Part shown: piece after piece, positions 7,154 through 15,503 of the stretch | Layout of the letters: each line of letters begins with the position of its first letter | Position numbering within the stretch: the stretch's first letter is position 1 | Virus record (IMG/VR): IMGVR_UViG_3300040759_000032 | Coordinates: 1 to 64,000 of that record | From: a virus | DNA: 64,000 nt | Strand: one strand, 5' to 3' | The notes under the pieces: model-generated | Database searches by the model: none | Told to the model about the DNA's origin: nothing | Seen by the model: only the letters and a program-made list of their open reading frames with translations | Position numbers and translations under genes: made by a program

Positions 7154-8697
7154 TAGCGGGCCTTCCCCGGGAACGCGATGCGCCCGACGACGATGAGGTT
7201 GATTACGCCGAACGCGGCGACGACGGCGAACTGCCAGGAGCCTGTCTGCGCGATCCGCCAGGCGGCGAGGGCGAGCCAGACGAGGGCGAGCGAGCCGTTC
7301 CAGCCGACGACGCACTTGCGGAACCGGCGTGGCGCTGCGGCGGGGCCGATGCTCGGCTGCCACGTCATGACCCGCCCCCGCGCGTAGTCGTACAGCCCGA
7401 GGATCTGCGCCCACCCGACGGCTATGGCGATCGGCCAGGTCGCGATGGTCCACCGGGAGTTGTGCCACAGCGGGTACAGCACCGCCCCGACGAGCACCGC
7501 GGGGATGAGGAGGATCGCGTTGCGGAGCCGGACCTCGCCCGGCAGGAACGCCAGCAGCGTGATGGGGATCAGCGGCAGGACCAGCGTGCGGAGGGCGGTG
7601 GTGAAGTTCCACATCCACCCGGCCACGTACGGCAGGCGGGAGCGGAACGGCATCGGGCACCGCCACATGTGGCCGCCCCACACCAGGCTCGTCGCCCCGT
7701 TGCACCAGCGGTACTGCTGGCGCATGAAGGCGTCCACGTTCGGCGGGCAGATGCCGGTGGCCAGCGGGATCGGCAGGTACTTCAGCGCGAACCCGTGGGC
7801 GCGGGCGTCGAGGCCGGTGTGGGAGTCCTCCGCGTACGGGATGAGGAAGCAGCCGCCGGACGGCGCGAGGGCCTCCCGCCGGTAGACGGCGTTGGAGCCG
7901 ACGCACAGCGCCGACCCGAACCGGTCGCGCGCCTGCTGCACCGACCGGTAGAACACCTCCAGCGTCGCCCCGGCCGCCCGCTCCACCCACGTCTGCGAGG
8001 GCAGCGACCGGAAGAACTGCGGGGTCTGGACGATCCCGATGGCCGGGTCGTCCATGTAGGGGAGCGTCTCGGCGAGGAAGTCCGGCCGGGGACGGAAGTC
8101 GGCGTCGAAGATCACGATGTGCGGGCTGGACGTCCGGGCGAACGCGCACCGCAGGTTGCCCGCCTTCTTATGCACCCGCTCGGTCCGCCGGATGTAGCCG
8201 AACCCGAACTCGCGGGCCATCTCCCGCGCCTCGTCATCCCAGCCGTCGTCAAGCACCCACGGCAGGACCCGCCCGGGGTAGGCGTCCCGGACCTCCGCGA
8301 CGCCCTCCCAGGTGTTGCGGAGAACCTCGATCGGCTCCCCGCAGATGGGCAGGAACACGTCGATGTCCGGGTACCGGCCCCGCGCCGGGCGCCACGCCAT
8401 GACCCGCAGCTCGTGCTCTTCCAGGTCGAAGCTCCGCCCCCCGAAGTTCACCGGGATCGACAGGGCCTGGTAGAGAAGGTAGGAGACGGTGTAGAGGGCG
8501 AAGGGGATCGCGATCGCGTAGCGGACCTCGAGCCACGCCTGAGCGACGATCACGCACAGGGCGCTGACGGTGATCGCCGAGGCGAGGAACGGCAGCGACC
8601 GCCAGGCGTAGGAGGCCTTCTCCTCGTCGGTCGGCGCGGACGGAAGCTCCATCCGGCCGCCGCCCTGGCCGCCGAGGGCGGTGATGACGTCGGTCAC
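7153..8697 (-). CDS. Cellulose-synthase-like processive GT2 glycosyltransferase (BcsA/CslA-like)
   Basis: DDG, KAGNL, DADF, QTPQFF, ED and QQYRW motifs with N- and C-terminal TM helices. Confidence 0.92.
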   Translation of the reverse strand: MTDVITALGGQGGGRMELPSAPTDEEKASYAWRSLPFLASAITVSALCVIVAQAWLEVRYAIAIPFALYTVSYLLYQALSIPVNFGGRSFDLEEHELRVMAWRPARGRYPDIDVFLPICGEPIEVLRNTWEGVAEVRDAYPGRVLPWVLDDGWDDEAREMAREFGFGYIRRTERVHKKAGNLRCAFARTSSPHIVIFDADFRPRPDFLAETLPYMDDPAIGIVQTPQFFRSLPSQTWVERAAGATLEVFYRSVQQARDRFGSALCVGSNAVYRREALAPSGGCFLIPYAEDSHTGLDARAHGFALKYLPIPLATGICPPNVDAFMRQQYRWCNGATSLVWGGHMWRCPMPFRSRLPYVAGWMWNFTTALRTLVLPLIPITLLAFLPGEVRLRNAILLIPAVLVGAVLYPLWHNSRWTIATWPIAIAVGWAQILGLYDYARGRVMTWQPSIGPAAAPRRFRKCVVGWNGSLALVWLALAAWRIAQTGSWQFAVVAAFGVINLIVVGRIAFPGKAR

Positions 8698-10499
8698 TTC
8701 GCACCGCCTACGCGAACCCACGCCCGGTAGGTGACGTGCCAGGCTGCCGCCTGAGCCGAGGGGACGGTGACCGTCTTGTACCCCCCGTACCGCTTGATGT
8801 CTGCGGTGATCTCCTGGTTTATCCCTCGCTTATCGCCGAAGGAGAGTGTTATGACGGTGAAGAAGCGGTGCTTGATGGCGTCGGCGAACGCGGGGCCGTC
8901 CACGAGGTACTTCCTGGACGCCGGATCTTGGTACTGGAAGTACCACTGCCCGTAGAAGGCGACGCCGGGAGCCGGGTCGGCTATGTAGTACTCCAGTACG
9001 TTGGCGCTGTCCGCGGCGAACACAGGACCGGGGTCGGCGGCGAGGGCGGAGTTCACGACGGATGTCAGGGAGCTGCTCGCGGGCCACATCCTGAACTGAT
9101 TGCCGGCCAGCAGCGCCCCGATGATCGCGGCGGAGACGACGGCGGCGGAGCCGACCCGGAAAGCGGCCAGCCGCTTGACCCTGGGAACCGCGTCGGCCAG
9201 CGCCGCGAGGGCGACGCCGGCCATGATCGCCGCGAACCAGGAACCGAACCCGACGTGCTTGAACAGGCTGGTGAAGACGTGGATGCGCGCCTGGTTGGCC
9301 GGGGCCAGGACGGCGCCGAAGGTCAGCGCCCAGGCCATGAGACGGGTGGCCGCCCCTGCCCGCCTGCGGGCGACGACGACAGACCCTATGACGGCGAGGC
9401 CGATGACTATGCCGACCCACCCGGCGCTGTCCCAGGCGATGCCGTAGGCCGACGAGTCCCCGTGCTGGCGGCCGAGGGTTGTGAACTCGATACCGCGCCA
9501 GTACTCCGGCCCGCCGACTTTGAGGGCTGTCGCGACCGCGGCAGCCAAGCCGATGAGAAGGCTCCCCGCCCCGGCGGCAGCCCGCCTCCAGCCGCCGGCG
9601 CGCCATGCGGCCAGGAACACGACGCAGATGACTATCGGGTCCCACAGGGCCGCCGCGTACTTGGCCGCGTCGGCGACGCTGAGAATGAGCCCGGCCAGAA
9701 GGGAAAGCGGTACCTGCGCCGCCATCGAGCGCGATGCGGCGACGACCGACAGCCATGTGGCGAGGGCCAGCAGCATGAGCGCCATGGCGTCGTACGTGGC
9801 GAAAGCCCCGAGAAACTGAACGGACCCGGTAGCGGCGAACACCCCGGCAGCGAAAAATCCGGCCAGCCGACCGAACATGCGGCTGGCCGTGGCATAGAGA
9901 AGAACAGACGCCGTCAGGATGAAGAAGAGCGACAGCAGCCTGGCGGCGGCGAGGCCGCCAAGATCGGCCATGGCCGCCCCCAGCGGGGGGTACACCACCG
10001 GGGCGCCCGAGAAGTACGTGGGAAAAGAAGGCGGCAACGCCGACCCGTGCAGCCAGTGCGCCCACTCAAGATGCCCGGCCCACAGGTACAGGGCCTCGTC
10101 GGTGAACGCTGTGTTACTCCAAACGAGTCTTAGCGACAGCACTGCCTGGACAACGAGCACGACCCCTAGCGGCCACCATCCCGGCACGCCCGGTCGGAAC
10201 CGGGAGCGCCTCGCTTTCCGTTCCCTCCTCGCCGCGATCCTCGGCCCGGGGACTTCCCCGATCGACCGCTCCGCCCGTTCCAGCTGAGTTCGCTCGTCCA
10301 GCCCGAGAACCCCTCGCTGATCCCCTGTCCGTGGTCCTGTGTACGGGGGGAGGGTCACTGTGGCCGCGGACGCCTGCCGTCCGGCGATCCGTTCCAGCTC
10401 CCCGAGGGCGGCGAGCTGCTCCCCTGTCTCGGGTCCTGTGTAGACCGGTTCCCGTAGTGCGGTCCAGTCGTCGTTCGGGAGGGTGTCGGCGGCGCTCAT
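8694..10499 (-). CDS. Polytopic GT-C (PMT/ArnT-like) glycosyltransferase
   Basis: TM1 followed by FTDEALYLWAGH...FSGAPVVYPPL; about 11 TM segments; N-terminal duplicated YTGP(E/R)TG(E/D)Q motif. Confidence 0.8.
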   Translation of the reverse strand: MSAADTLPNDDWTALREPVYTGPETGEQLAALGELERIAGRQASAATVTLPPYTGPRTGDQRGVLGLDERTQLERAERSIGEVPGPRIAARRERKARRSRFRPGVPGWWPLGVVLVVQAVLSLRLVWSNTAFTDEALYLWAGHLEWAHWLHGSALPPSFPTYFSGAPVVYPPLGAAMADLGGLAAARLLSLFFILTASVLLYATASRMFGRLAGFFAAGVFAATGSVQFLGAFATYDAMALMLLALATWLSVVAASRSMAAQVPLSLLAGLILSVADAAKYAAALWDPIVICVVFLAAWRAGGWRRAAAGAGSLLIGLAAAVATALKVGGPEYWRGIEFTTLGRQHGDSSAYGIAWDSAGWVGIVIGLAVIGSVVVARRRAGAATRLMAWALTFGAVLAPANQARIHVFTSLFKHVGFGSWFAAIMAGVALAALADAVPRVKRLAAFRVGSAAVVSAAIIGALLAGNQFRMWPASSSLTSVVNSALAADPGPVFAADSANVLEYYIADPAPGVAFYGQWYFQYQDPASRKYLVDGPAFADAIKHRFFTVITLSFGDKRGINQEITADIKRYGGYKTVTVPSAQAAAWHVTYRAWVRVGGAK

Positions 10500-10618
10500 C
10501 GTGTCCTCTCGGCGTGGTTGCGCAGGTAAGCCCAGGCCGCGCCCAGGATGACGGAGGCTGTGAACCAGGCGCCGATGATCGCGAAGACGGCCTCGGTGAT
10601 TTTCTCGGGACCGTTCAC
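10496..10618 (-). CDS. 40-aa single-TM peptide
   Basis: GTG start and TGA stop both overlap neighbouring ORFs; hydrophobic core AVFAIIGAWFTASVILGAAWAYL. Confidence 0.55.
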   Translation of the reverse strand: MNGPEKITEAVFAIIGAWFTASVILGAAWAYLRNHAERTR

Positions 10619-10686
10619 GCGGCATCGCCTCGCTCGGCTGCACGGTGCATCCGGATCTCGGCGACGTCTGCACTCGGAGCGCTCAC
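10615..10686 (-). CDS. 23-aa linker peptide (MSAPSADVAEIRMHRAAERGDAA)
   Basis: Not in the ORF track; exact GTGA overlaps with xis upstream and with the TM peptide downstream. Confidence 0.45.
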   Translation of the reverse strand: MSAPSADVAEIRMHRAAERGDAA

Positions 10687-10895
10687 GCGGCCGGCTTCCC
10701 CTGCGCTGCTGCGCGCAGTCGCGCCTTGTACTCGGCGACCGCCTCCGGGGCAACGCGCACCGACGACCCCACGTGGACGCCCTCGAGGTCGCCGGAGCTG
10801 ATCAGCCGCCGGATCGTCACCACCGCCAGTCGGAGCCGTTCCGCGACCTCCTTGACCGTCAGCAGGTCGAGCGCCTCGTCACCAACGTCAACCAC
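10683..10895 (-). CDS. xis: Excisionase / HTH_17 DNA-binding protein
   Basis: LLTVKEVAERLRLAVVTIRRLISSGDLEGVHVGSSVRV; GAGGAGG RBS; divergent from repressor-integrase. Confidence 0.85.
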   Translation of the reverse strand: MVDVGDEALDLLTVKEVAERLRLAVVTIRRLISSGDLEGVHVGSSVRVAPEAVAEYKARLRAAAQGKPAA

Positions 10896-11037
10896 CGGGC
10901 CACCTCCTCTATGCGCGCCTTGAAATGCCGGCCGGAACCTACGTCGGCATTGACACCATAGCGGACCAGTCAAGACAAGCCGAGACAAAACCAGGAAACT
11001 CTAGACCACCGTAGATAACGACGACTACAGTGCGGGC

Positions 11038-11604
11038 ATGGACAGCAGCCCGAACGGCCCCCCCGTCGAGCCGGTGAGCGTCGACCAGCTCGTCGCCCTC
11101 AACATGCGCCACTGGCGGACCGCGGCCGGCCTCACCCAGGCGGAGCTCGGCGAGCGGCTCGGATGGTCCGCCGCCGTCGTCTCCGCGGCGGAGCGGTCCG
11201 CCGTCGAGTCGCGCGACCGCCGGCGCTTCGACGCCCAGACTCTTACGGAGCTCTCGCTCGCCCTGGGCGTCCCGCTCGCCGCCCTCTTCCTCCCGCCGCC
11301 TGACGACGGGGAGCGTGCCTCCTACCGGTTCACGGCCGGCGGCCGGCTCCGGGGGATGGGGGAGCTCATGGAGATGGTCGTCATGCCGGACACGGTCGAC
11401 GACTCCCCTCTGCTGACCGCGTACCGGGAGCGGTTCGAGACCGCGGCGAGGCGGGTGACGGCAGGGCCGGCATGGGGGAGGCTCGTGGAGCGGTGGACCG
11501 CCGGGAACCCAGGCGTCCGCGATGCCGCCGTGGCGGACCTGCGCGCCGCCGCAGCCCGGGTCGCCACCCTCGCCGACGCGATCGAGAAGGACGGCGGACG
11601 TTGA
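11038..11604 (+). CDS. XRE-family HTH repressor
   Basis: NMRHWRTAAGLTQAELGERLGWSAAVVSAAE; TACAGT-N6-ATG leaderless start. Confidence 0.85.
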   Translation: MDSSPNGPPVEPVSVDQLVALNMRHWRTAAGLTQAELGERLGWSAAVVSAAERSAVESRDRRRFDAQTLTELSLALGVPLAALFLPPPDDGERASYRFTAGGRLRGMGELMEMVVMPDTVDDSPLLTAYRERFETAARRVTAGPAWGRLVERWTAGNPGVRDAAVADLRAAAARVATLADAIEKDGGR

Positions 11605-12962
11605 GCGGCGAGGAGAGCGCGGCGGCGCGCGGGAAGCAGAAGGGCGCCCGGCCCAACCGGGAGGGGAAGCCGTGGAAGCGCGCCGACGGCCGATGGTGCC
11701 AGCGGGTCTACCCGCCGAAGGGCACCATCTGGAACAAGCCCGTCTACGTCTACGGCAAGACGCGCAAGGAGTGCGTCGAGAAATACGACGAGCGCAAGGC
11801 CGAGCTCACCGCGGGGACCGCCCCGACCCCGGGGGACAAGGACATCAAAGTCGGCTCGTACATGATGCGCTGGCTCTACGTGACGCTCCCCCAGTACGTG
11901 GCGGCGGGCAGGATGCGCGAGACGACCATGTACTCCTACCAGGAGAACGCGGAGCTGCACATCATCCCCGAGGGGAAGAGGGGCGTCCCGACGCTGGCCC
12001 CCGTCGGCCTGCTGGAGTTGTCCGCCGGCATGATCCGCGAATGGCAGGAGGGCATGCTGAAGAAGCCGTCCGCCAGGCGGCGGACCAAACTCCGCGCCGG
12101 CGAGACGAAACTCCCGCCGCCCCCGGCCCTCAGCATCCGCACCGTCGCCTACTGCCAGGCGATCCTCCACAAGGCCCTCGCCGACGCGATCCGCGACAAG
12201 GTCGCGGGCCTGAGGGAGAACGCGGCCGACGACGTCGAGCCGCCCGTCGAGCCCGGCGGCGGGAAGAAGAAGGCGAGGAAGCGCGCGAAGGCCGCCATCA
12301 CCGCGGACCAGGCAGCGGCCCTGCTGGTCGAGATGGCGAAGGACCGCCTGTGGTGCTACTGGCTCGTCGCGTTCGCCCAGGGATTCCGCCGCGGCGAGGG
12401 CCTCGGGATCCGCTGGGAGGACCTCGACTTCTCCGCGCTCACCTGGACGCCCGCGCTGTCGGTGCACTGGCTCCGCGGAGCCAAGGACCCAGAGACGGGC
12501 AAGCGGAAGGGGCGCTTGGTCGCGGGCGAGCTCAAGACCGACGAGTCGGCCGAGCCCGTCGCCCTGACGCGGACGGCGGCGGAGGCGCTCGGGCGGTGGG
12601 AGACCGAGCAGAACAGGATGCGCCTGAGCGCCCCGATGTGGGCGGAACTCGGCCTGGTGTTCACCACTCGGCTCGGGACGGCGCTGACTCCGCGGAACGT
12701 CGACCGCGCGTGGGAGCGCCTGTGCGAGCGGGCCGGGGTGCCGGGCGTAAGGTTGCACGACCTGCGGCACGCGTGCGCCTCGTACGCGCTGGCGCGGGGG
12801 GCGGACTCCAAGAGCGTGCAGAGGCACCTCCGGCACGCGCGGCTCGCGACGACCGAGCTCTACATCCACGCGGTGGAGGAAGTGCCCCGCGCGGCGGCCG
12901 ACGCGATGGACGACGTGATCGCCGACTTGCTGGCACTGAAGCCCGCCCCGGACGCCGGCTGA
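11601..12962 (+). CDS. int: Tyrosine recombinase (phage integrase)
   Basis: Catalytic R (GFRRGE), K (ELKT), HDLRH, H and Y (LRHARLATTELY); N-terminal arm-binding-like domain; TTG start overlaps the repressor stop. Confidence 0.95.
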   Translation: MSGEESAAARGKQKGARPNREGKPWKRADGRWCQRVYPPKGTIWNKPVYVYGKTRKECVEKYDERKAELTAGTAPTPGDKDIKVGSYMMRWLYVTLPQYVAAGRMRETTMYSYQENAELHIIPEGKRGVPTLAPVGLLELSAGMIREWQEGMLKKPSARRRTKLRAGETKLPPPPALSIRTVAYCQAILHKALADAIRDKVAGLRENAADDVEPPVEPGGGKKKARKRAKAAITADQAAALLVEMAKDRLWCYWLVAFAQGFRRGEGLGIRWEDLDFSALTWTPALSVHWLRGAKDPETGKRKGRLVAGELKTDESAEPVALTRTAAEALGRWETEQNRMRLSAPMWAELGLVFTTRLGTALTPRNVDRAWERLCERAGVPGVRLHDLRHACASYALARGADSKSVQRHLRHARLATTELYIHAVEEVPRAAADAMDDVIADLLALKPAPDAG

Positions 12963-13012
12963 TCAGTTGCTGTCACCGTTGCAGTCAGCGGGACCGCTCG
13001 TGACCTTCTGAC

Positions 13013-13049
13013 AAAAACGCCCCGGCAGCGTTTCCGCTGGCCGGGGCGT
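13013..13049 (-). terminator. Terminator downstream of the tRNA fragment
   Basis: CGCCCCGG-CAGCG-TTTC-CGCTG-G-CCGGGGCG hairpin with a T-run on the minus strand. Confidence 0.65.
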
Positions 13050-13095
13050 GGCGCGCTCGGAGGGACTCGAACCCCCAACCTTCTGATCCGTAGTC
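13049..13095 (-). other. attP core: 3' half of tRNA-Arg(ACG)
   Basis: Minus strand GACTACGGATCAGAAGGTTGGGGGTTCGAGTCCCTCCGAGCGCGCCA has the anticodon loop, T-arm and CCA; the 5' half (D-arm) is absent. Confidence 0.9.
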
Positions 13096-13305
13096 TTAGG
13101 CATTGGTGATCAGTGGTTATCTGGGATTGTCATTATGCAGGTCATGAGCTTCCTAGATGACCCTAGATAATTCGAGATCATCCGCGCGGTTGCTGTCGCG
13201 GTTGCGGTCAACCCTCCCTCGCCTTCTCCGGGTCGAACAAGTAAGTCCCCTCGCGAGTCGTCATCGCGGACTCATCCCAGAATTCGATCTGAACGACCTC
13301 CCGGT

Positions 13306-13461
13306 TCAGATCGTCGGCTCCACCGCGCCCGGACGAAGACCGGTCGCCAGGAGCCGTCGCCGAAGAGGAAGAGCCGGCGTTCCCGGTTCCCGTCCCGCCA
13401 GCGCGTCCCGGTAACCGCCAACGCGCGGGCGGCTTGTGGTCGGCGCCGGGGTGTCGGTCAT
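13306..13461 (-). CDS. Small hypothetical protein (leaderless)
   Basis: TACCGT-N6-ATG start. Confidence 0.4.
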   Translation of the reverse strand: MTDTPAPTTSRPRVGGYRDALAGREPGTPALPLRRRLLATGLRPGAVEPTI

Positions 13462-13846
13462 GCGCTCACGGTACCTAAGCGCGCCGGGTGGCAGATGAAG
13501 GTGCACCGCTCTCTGCCGCACGGGGAGCCGTTGCACCCGTGCCGGCAGTCGGACAGGTCGTAGAGCGGGCCGAGGCTGGCGAGGTGATCGAGGTCGGGCT
13601 GAGGGTTCAGTTCCCCGCCGATCTCGTCGGCGACCTGCCGCGCCTCGATCCGCTTCGCCCGCCTGGTCTCCATCGGCCCGCCGCCCGCGCAGTCGGGGCC
13701 GGGACGGTGTCCCGCGCGGGTTCCGGGGCAGCAGCCCGGGACCTGGTAGCGGCCGAGGAGACGAGCCATGCCGTCAAGCATGCCAACTGGCATGTAGCTA
13801 GCATGCGCCGACGCGCTGCCGACGCCCGAATTAACTGCTAATTGGG

Positions 13847-14122
13847 CTAGTTCAGCGTCTGGCAGCCAGGGCAGAAGTCGCCGGCCTCGGTCGCAGCCCA
13901 TCCGCCGGGCAACTCGGGCCGGTCGAAGTCAAGCGCAACGCGAGTCCCGCACCCGTCGCAGAGCGCCGTCAGTGACCGGGCCTCAATAGGGCCGATGTCC
14001 GGCACGGAATCTTTCAGCTCTGCGATCCGCTGCCCGAAGTCCGCGTCGTCCTCGATCGTCTCGGCGGTCGCCGTGGCGTCACCGGTCTTCCTGTCGATCA
14101 CGAGCTGCTGACGTTGCCGCAT
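13847..14122 (-). CDS. Zn-finger hypothetical protein (leaderless)
   Basis: CDGC...CPGC; TACTGT-N6-ATG. Confidence 0.55.
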   Translation of the reverse strand: MRQRQQLVIDRKTGDATATAETIEDDADFGQRIAELKDSVPDIGPIEARSLTALCDGCGTRVALDFDRPELPGGWAATEAGDFCPGCQTLN

Positions 14123-14124
14123 GG

Positions 14125-14562
14125 CTACACAGTAGGGGATTCCCTCGAGGCGATCTTGCGTGCCGCGGCGATCCACCAGGCGGCGTCGCGCTCGCTGGCC
14201 GCGGTCCGCTCGTCATCGGTGCAGCAGGCGTCGTAAAGCGCGGCGACGGGAGGGTCCATGTCCTTGTAGCAGGGCTTCTGCGGGCGGAGTCTCCGCTTCC
14301 TCGCGGCGAACAGGTGCCCGAGCTCGTACTCGGCGCGCAGCGGCTTGAGATCATCGAGCGCCTGGCGCAGAAGCGGGATGTCCGCGGTCGTGATCTCCTC
14401 CGCGTCAGCCGTCGCCCAGTGGAAGAGGTCGTTGCACATGGCGAACAGCCTCATCTCGCGGTCAGCGCCGGGGCTCATGTCCACGCGCCAGAAGACTCCG
14501 CAGTCGAAGTCGTCAGCCTCGGCGAACAGGGCGAAGACCTCGGCAGCCTCAAAGGGGGTCAT
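14125..14562 (-). CDS. Hypothetical phage protein
   Basis: Good codon usage, CNDLFHWATADAEEIT motif; TAGGCT-N6-ATG. Confidence 0.7.
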   Translation of the reverse strand: MTPFEAAEVFALFAEADDFDCGVFWRVDMSPGADREMRLFAMCNDLFHWATADAEEITTADIPLLRQALDDLKPLRAEYELGHLFAARKRRLRPQKPCYKDMDPPVAALYDACCTDDERTAASERDAAWWIAAARKIASRESPTV

Positions 14563-14764
14563 GCGGCGAGCCTAGCCCGCGAACGACGGAACCCGGCTGC
14601 ACGGGGGGGCATGCTGCCGGGTTCCGGGCAAGGCCAGGTCGTCACCCTTGAGACACCATCGTACGGCAGCGGCTCGGGCACCGCGAGTTACTTGCCCGCT
14701 AGATCATGCTAACTACCATGCCGCTGTTCGCGTGAGCGCCGAGGGTGGGTGCCGGGGCTGATCA

Positions 14765-15034
14765 TCAGGGCTTGGGCTTGCGCCCGTCAAGCCATACGAG
14801 GCCGCCGATGATCGCGCCGATGATCGTGACGGCGAGGACGCTGCTCGCCGTGTCCCTGGACACGAATTTCTCCGAGGCGTCCTTGATGAAGTCCGCCCGG
14901 GCCTTCTCCTCGCGTTCCCGCTGCTGCCTCTCCCGGTCCTGCCTGCGGACGCTGAGCCAGGTGAACCAGGCGACAGGAACAGACAGGGCCAGGATCGCGG
15001 TGGCGACGGCGAGGATCCACGCGGCGACGAGCAT
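14765..15034 (-). CDS. Two-TM membrane protein
   Basis: N- and C-terminal hydrophobic helices; TAGGCT-N6-ATG. Confidence 0.65.
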   Translation of the reverse strand: MLVAAWILAVATAILALSVPVAWFTWLSVRRQDRERQQREREEKARADFIKDASEKFVSRDTASSVLAVTIIGAIIGGLVWLDGRKPKP

Positions 15035-15296
15035 GAGGCGAGCCTAGGCGATGCGCTCCCATCCGTCCTCTTTCCGCTCCCACAGCTCGGGATCGGCGAA
15101 CCGCTCCCCCGGCGGCTCGGCCATGATCTGCTCAGCCACGGACCGGAGCCCGTAAGGCTGGTAATCCCACCGCTCGCCCTCGGGGGGCATGAACGGCTGC
15201 CAGGTCGTGTCGTAGACCACGGCGAAGGTGTACGCCGGGTCGTGGGCGGTCAGTTTGTCGAGCTCGGCCGTGACGCCGTTCTTCACCGCGAGGCCA

Positions 15297-15503
15297 CTAG
15301 CCGCCGAAGCGGTCGAACTCGCCGTTGCGCACTCCGCCGATGAACGCATGCCACTCGTCGGGGGTGAAGCGGAGAACCGACCCCTCCGCGTCCCGACTGT
15401 TGCGAACACCGATCTCGCCGGCGGACAGATCCGCCACCTCAACGCAGTTGCCGTTGGCGAAACTCAGCGAGCTCTTAATCCACTTGGGCTGGCCGTTGTT
15501 CAT
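15297..15503 (-). CDS. DUF397 domain protein
   Basis: WIKSSLSFANGNCVEVA...VRNSRDAEGSVLRFTPDEWHAFIGGVRNGEF. Confidence 0.92.
   Translation of the reverse strand: MNNGQPKWIKSSLSFANGNCVEVADLSAGEIGVRNSRDAEGSVLRFTPDEWHAFIGGVRNGEFDRFGG

Larger units (their letters stand above)
12966..13210 (+). repeat. Putative integrase arm-type sites flanking the att core
   Basis: GTTGCTGTCA 12966, GTTGCAGTCA 12978, GTTGCTGTCG 13189, GTTGCGGTCA 13201 (two pairs, 12-bp spacing). Confidence 0.75.

Noticed and set aside
10959-10965. TAGCGGA match between the sequence after the omega-RNA TCAA end and the xis promoter
   Set aside because: Seven nucleotides is within chance expectation for 64 kb on two strands
13049-13095. 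Functional tRNA-Arg gene
   Set aside because: Similarity stops in the anticodon arm; no D-arm or 5' acceptor strand, so it is treated as an att core
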